Below are positions 45,385 to 47,408 of a stretch of DNA of 47,408 bases, in pieces. Source of the stretch: a virus. A program made the position numbers and the translations under genes. The DNA is taken from the UHGV virus genome UHGV-1361589, one strand, 5' to 3'. Each line of letters opens with the position of its first letter. Position 1 is the stretch's first letter. Below the pieces are notes generated by a model. It was not told the origin of the DNA and made no database searches. It saw nothing but the letters and a program-made list of their open reading frames with translations.

Positions 45385-45423
45385 TGTGGTAACTATACGA
45401 TGGCGCTCAATCTACGTCAATAT
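45385..45423 (-). promoter_or_regulatory. strong sigma70-like promoter TTGACG-17-TATAGT on the minus strand
   Basis: Reverse complement reads ATTGACGTAGATTGAGCGCCATCGTATAGT, upstream of the gene starting at 45360. Confidence 0.55.
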
Positions 45424-45469
45424 GATGCTGAAAATAAATCCGCCTGGGGTAAAATTTACCCCTGTGGGT

Positions 45470-45780
45470 AAGGTGCTGGGGCAGGTTAATTGCCCCAGAT
45501 TTTTCTCGGTAAGTTAATGTTAATATTGTAATTTAACAATTTAGGGGCAGCAGGGTATGTTTTCACTCATATCCCCTTATATATAACCAATATAATTCAT
45601 TTGTTAATTTATTGTTAAAATAAAATCTATAATATGAATAATAATATACCCAATTAACCCAACTACTACTATTATTATTATATTACATACACTTATAGAG
45701 AAAAAATTTGGGGCAACCAGGGTGCCCCAGCGCTGCCCCAGATGCCCCTAATACGCCGCGTTGAGTGGTGTTGATTTTTG
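45470..45780. repeat. AT-rich intergenic region with two GGGGCA/TGCCCC hairpins and about 7 iteron-like copies (putative origin/pac region/divergent promoter hub)
   Basis: CTGGGGCA-GGTTAAT-TGCCCCAG hairpin at about 45475-45497. TGGGGCA-ACCAGGG-TGCCCCA at about 45716-45736. Inverted GGGGCAGC (45542) and GCTGCCCC (45739). They flank an AT-rich core of about 200 bp with ATAATA and ACTACTACTATTATTATTAT repeats. Confidence 0.5.
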
Positions 45781-45828
45781 GGGAGTTTGGTGGTATGTTT
45801 TAGGGAACAAAAGACGCGGGGGTTTGAT

Positions 45829-46101
45829 ATGAGTAACCATGGAATTTTATTAAAGCGAAAAATGAATGATAAAGGACGTGGAGCAAGGTGGGTTGCTTCA
45901 CCAAAATCAACGACTGGATACTATGGTGTTGATTTTCACAAGGCATCAAAAAAGTTCCGCGCCAGAGTGATGGTTTTGAAGAAAAGATATGATTTGGGAA
46001 TGTTCGATACGGCAGAAGAGGCAAACGCAGCCGTTCTTAAAGCTAAGCAGTGGCTATCAGAAAACCCACACGAATCATTTGCAACCGAGTATGAGGTTTA
46101 A
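45829..46101 (+). CDS. stand-alone AP2-domain DNA-binding protein
   Basis: Start placed at MSNHGILL. TTGYYGVDFHKASKKFRARVMVLKKRYDLGMFDTAEEANAAVLKAK is an AP2/ERF-type domain. No HNH motif. Confidence 0.5.
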   Translation: MSNHGILLKRKMNDKGRGARWVASPKSTTGYYGVDFHKASKKFRARVMVLKKRYDLGMFDTAEEANAAVLKAKQWLSENPHESFATEYEV

Positions 46102-47408
46102 ATGATTACAGCACAGGAAATCTTCAACCAGGCAAGAGAAGCGCACACCTCTGCGGCGCGCGTAGCCATTCATCATGGCATGACACCAAGCCATAACATG
46201 TGGCCGGAAATTAAGGAAGGGCAGGAGAAGGATGTAACATACTCAGAGATAGAGCTTACCAGCGACAACAGGAAAGACCTGATAACGCGCTACTCAGTTG
46301 CAGCAGCGAGGGCTGTGCAATTCCCAGTTAGCACGTCATTCATGCACCTGCTTGGCTGCGTAGCCAGTGCCATGACGCGAAATTTTAGCGTTGAATACTA
46401 CGGTTCTGAATTGCCTGTTTCCTTGTATGTGGTGACGTCGCAGCCTCCATCAGCTGGCAAGACAGCTATCAACTCAATGCACATGAACCCGATAAAAATT
46501 GAGTATGATAACCTGTCAAAAAAGATGGAGAAGGAAATTGTAAAGATAAACATTCGCATTGAAGATCTGATGAAGGCTTACAAGGAAGCGACGAATCAGA
46601 ACGCGAAGGCCATCATTGGAGATGACATTGCTAAAGAGAAGGAAAAGCTGGAAAATCTTTACACCATCACCTACCCGTTAACCGATGCAACACCAGAAGC
46701 GGTGCAGCACCAGGCAATTCATGAGGGTGGTTTTTTCAACCTGATAAGTGATGAGGCAAGCGTTTTAAATACCTGTCTTGGCCTTTCGTATGGCAAGGAT
46801 GGAGGAAAGTCTAACGCCGAAGTTATCCTTAAAGGCTGGGACGGCGGATTTGTTGGCTCAGCTCGCGTTGGTCGTGGTGTTTCATCTGGCTATGTGCTTG
46901 GTAACATAAGCGTCATTGCACAGGATGAAAGTATTGATGCCATTCTTTCTGCTGGCGACAGGGGTAATGGATTGTCTGAGCGATTCCTTATGCTTCGTGA
47001 GCAGTCGATGCTTGGTTATCGTGAGCACTGGGATGTTGAAAATGATTGCCCGGTAAGCAAACCAATGCCGCAAGAATTAAAAGCTGAATATGCCAGATTT
47101 GTGCATAACCTTGTGGCTTCTGAGAAGGTTGTTTTCTCTCTCGCTAAAGAATCTCAGCGCATGATTGGACTTTTGCGAAACCAGTGGGAAAAGAATTTTC
47201 TTCCCGGTGGCAAATGGGATCACGTTTTGCTTCGTGGCGCCATGGGTAAGGCTGATAAACAGATAATCAGGCTTTCGGCAATATTCCATGCCGCTGAAAA
47301 CTGGTGCGATGGAGGTCGTCGCTCAAAAATTATTGGTGAGGAGCATATAAGCCGCGCCATAAGCGTTTATGATGCACTAACAAAAACATTTACCGATGCC
47401 GTTGAGTC
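46102..47408 (+). CDS. P-loop NTPase (putative replication ATPase/helicase, DUF3987-like), 3'-truncated by the window edge
   Basis: Hand-translated open frame of 435 codons with no stop. Walker A SQPPSAGKTA and Walker B-like FFNLISDEAS. It is not in the ORF track, presumably because it lacks a stop codon. Confidence 0.45.
   Translation, partial: MITAQEIFNQAREAHTSAARVAIHHGMTPSHNMWPEIKEGQEKDVTYSEIELTSDNRKDLITRYSVAAARAVQFPVSTSFMHLLGCVASAMTRNFSVEYYGSELPVSLYVVTSQPPSAGKTAINSMHMNPIKIEYDNLSKKMEKEIVKINIRIEDLMKAYKEATNQNAKAIIGDDIAKEKEKLENLYTITYPLTDATPEAVQHQAIHEGGFFNLISDEASVLNTCLGLSYGKDGGKSNAEVILKGWDGGFVGSARVGRGVSSGYVLGNISVIAQDESIDAILSAGDRGNGLSERFLMLREQSMLGYREHWDVENDCPVSKPMPQELKAEYARFVHNLVASEKVVFSLAKESQRMIGLLRNQWEKNFLPGGKWDHVLLRGAMGKADKQIIRLSAIFHAAENWCDGGRRSKIIGEEHISRAISVYDALTKTFTDAVE

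Noticed and set aside
1-47408. Prophage/temperate features (integrase, excisionase, CI/Cro switch, attL/attR)
   Set aside because: No tyrosine or serine recombinase motif was seen in any frame. There are no flanking host genes. Homing endonucleases, a tRNA and compact operons point to a virulent phage. The DNA-binding proteins present are HNH-AP2, wHTH or ParB-like, not repressors.
1-47408. CRISPR array or other direct-repeat arrays
   Set aside because: No regularly spaced direct repeats with unique spacers were found. The only repetitive locus (45470-45780) has irregular spacing and inverted copies, which better fits iterons or hairpins.
1-47408. DNA methyltransferase (Dam/Dcm-like) expected in T1-like phages
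   Set aside because: No DPPY/NPPY or FxGxG methyltransferase motifs were seen in any annotated product. It may lie outside the window, or this phage may lack one, so the T1-like assignment is kept tentative.

Overview
This window looks like a nearly complete genome of a virulent tailed phage, not a prophage: I found no integrase, att sites or flanking host genes. It is a siphovirus-type enterobacterial phage of about 50% GC, with T1-like (Drexlerviridae-like) organisation. The T1-like assignment is inference from gene content and order.

Layout:
- Left end (1-7.6 kb, + strand): replication and recombination module. It has a DUF3850/ASCH-like protein, a minus-strand zinc-finger primase, an HNH-AP2 homing endonuclease, a DEGH-box SF2 helicase with a C-terminal zinc-ribbon array, a VRR-NUC nuclease, a PD-(D/E)XK exonuclease, a Sak4-like RecA-fold ATPase, and an SSB ending in DDIPF.
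- Middle and right (7.8-45.4 kb, mostly minus strand): late module, reading from high to low coordinates. The packaging and head genes are terminase small subunit, an HNH-AP2 homing endonuclease, terminase large subunit, a cluster of small genes, portal, a T5orf172-type endonuclease, a Mu-F-like head morphogenesis protein, a DUF2213-like prohead protease/scaffold and an HK97-fold major capsid protein. They are followed by connector and neck proteins, a major tail protein with an Ig-like domain, a tRNA-Arg(TCT)-like gene, the tail assembly chaperone, a 1097-aa tape measure, lambda M/L/K/I-J-like tip proteins and an 825-aa beta-helix tailspike.
- A lambda-R-like endolysin, a holin and nested Rz/Rz1-type spanins sit between the head genes.

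Five short plus-strand cassettes are embedded in the minus-strand late region. Each is driven by a conserved TTGACG/TAGATT promoter and closed by a rho-independent terminator.

The most unusual item is a 178-aa truncated homolog of the bacterial DnaN beta sliding clamp (domain II plus an abridged domain III with the VMPMR C-terminus), encoded next to a ParB/Srx-fold DGQHR-motif protein in one of these cassettes. This may be an undescribed phage system that manipulates the host replisome.

Other points of interest:
- a Lar-like zinc-ribbon anti-restriction candidate
- a tRNA-Arg(TCT)-like gene whose acceptor stem does not pair
- an AT-rich iteron/hairpin region (45.47-45.78 kb), probably the origin, pac site and divergent early promoters
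- four homing-endonuclease-type insertions
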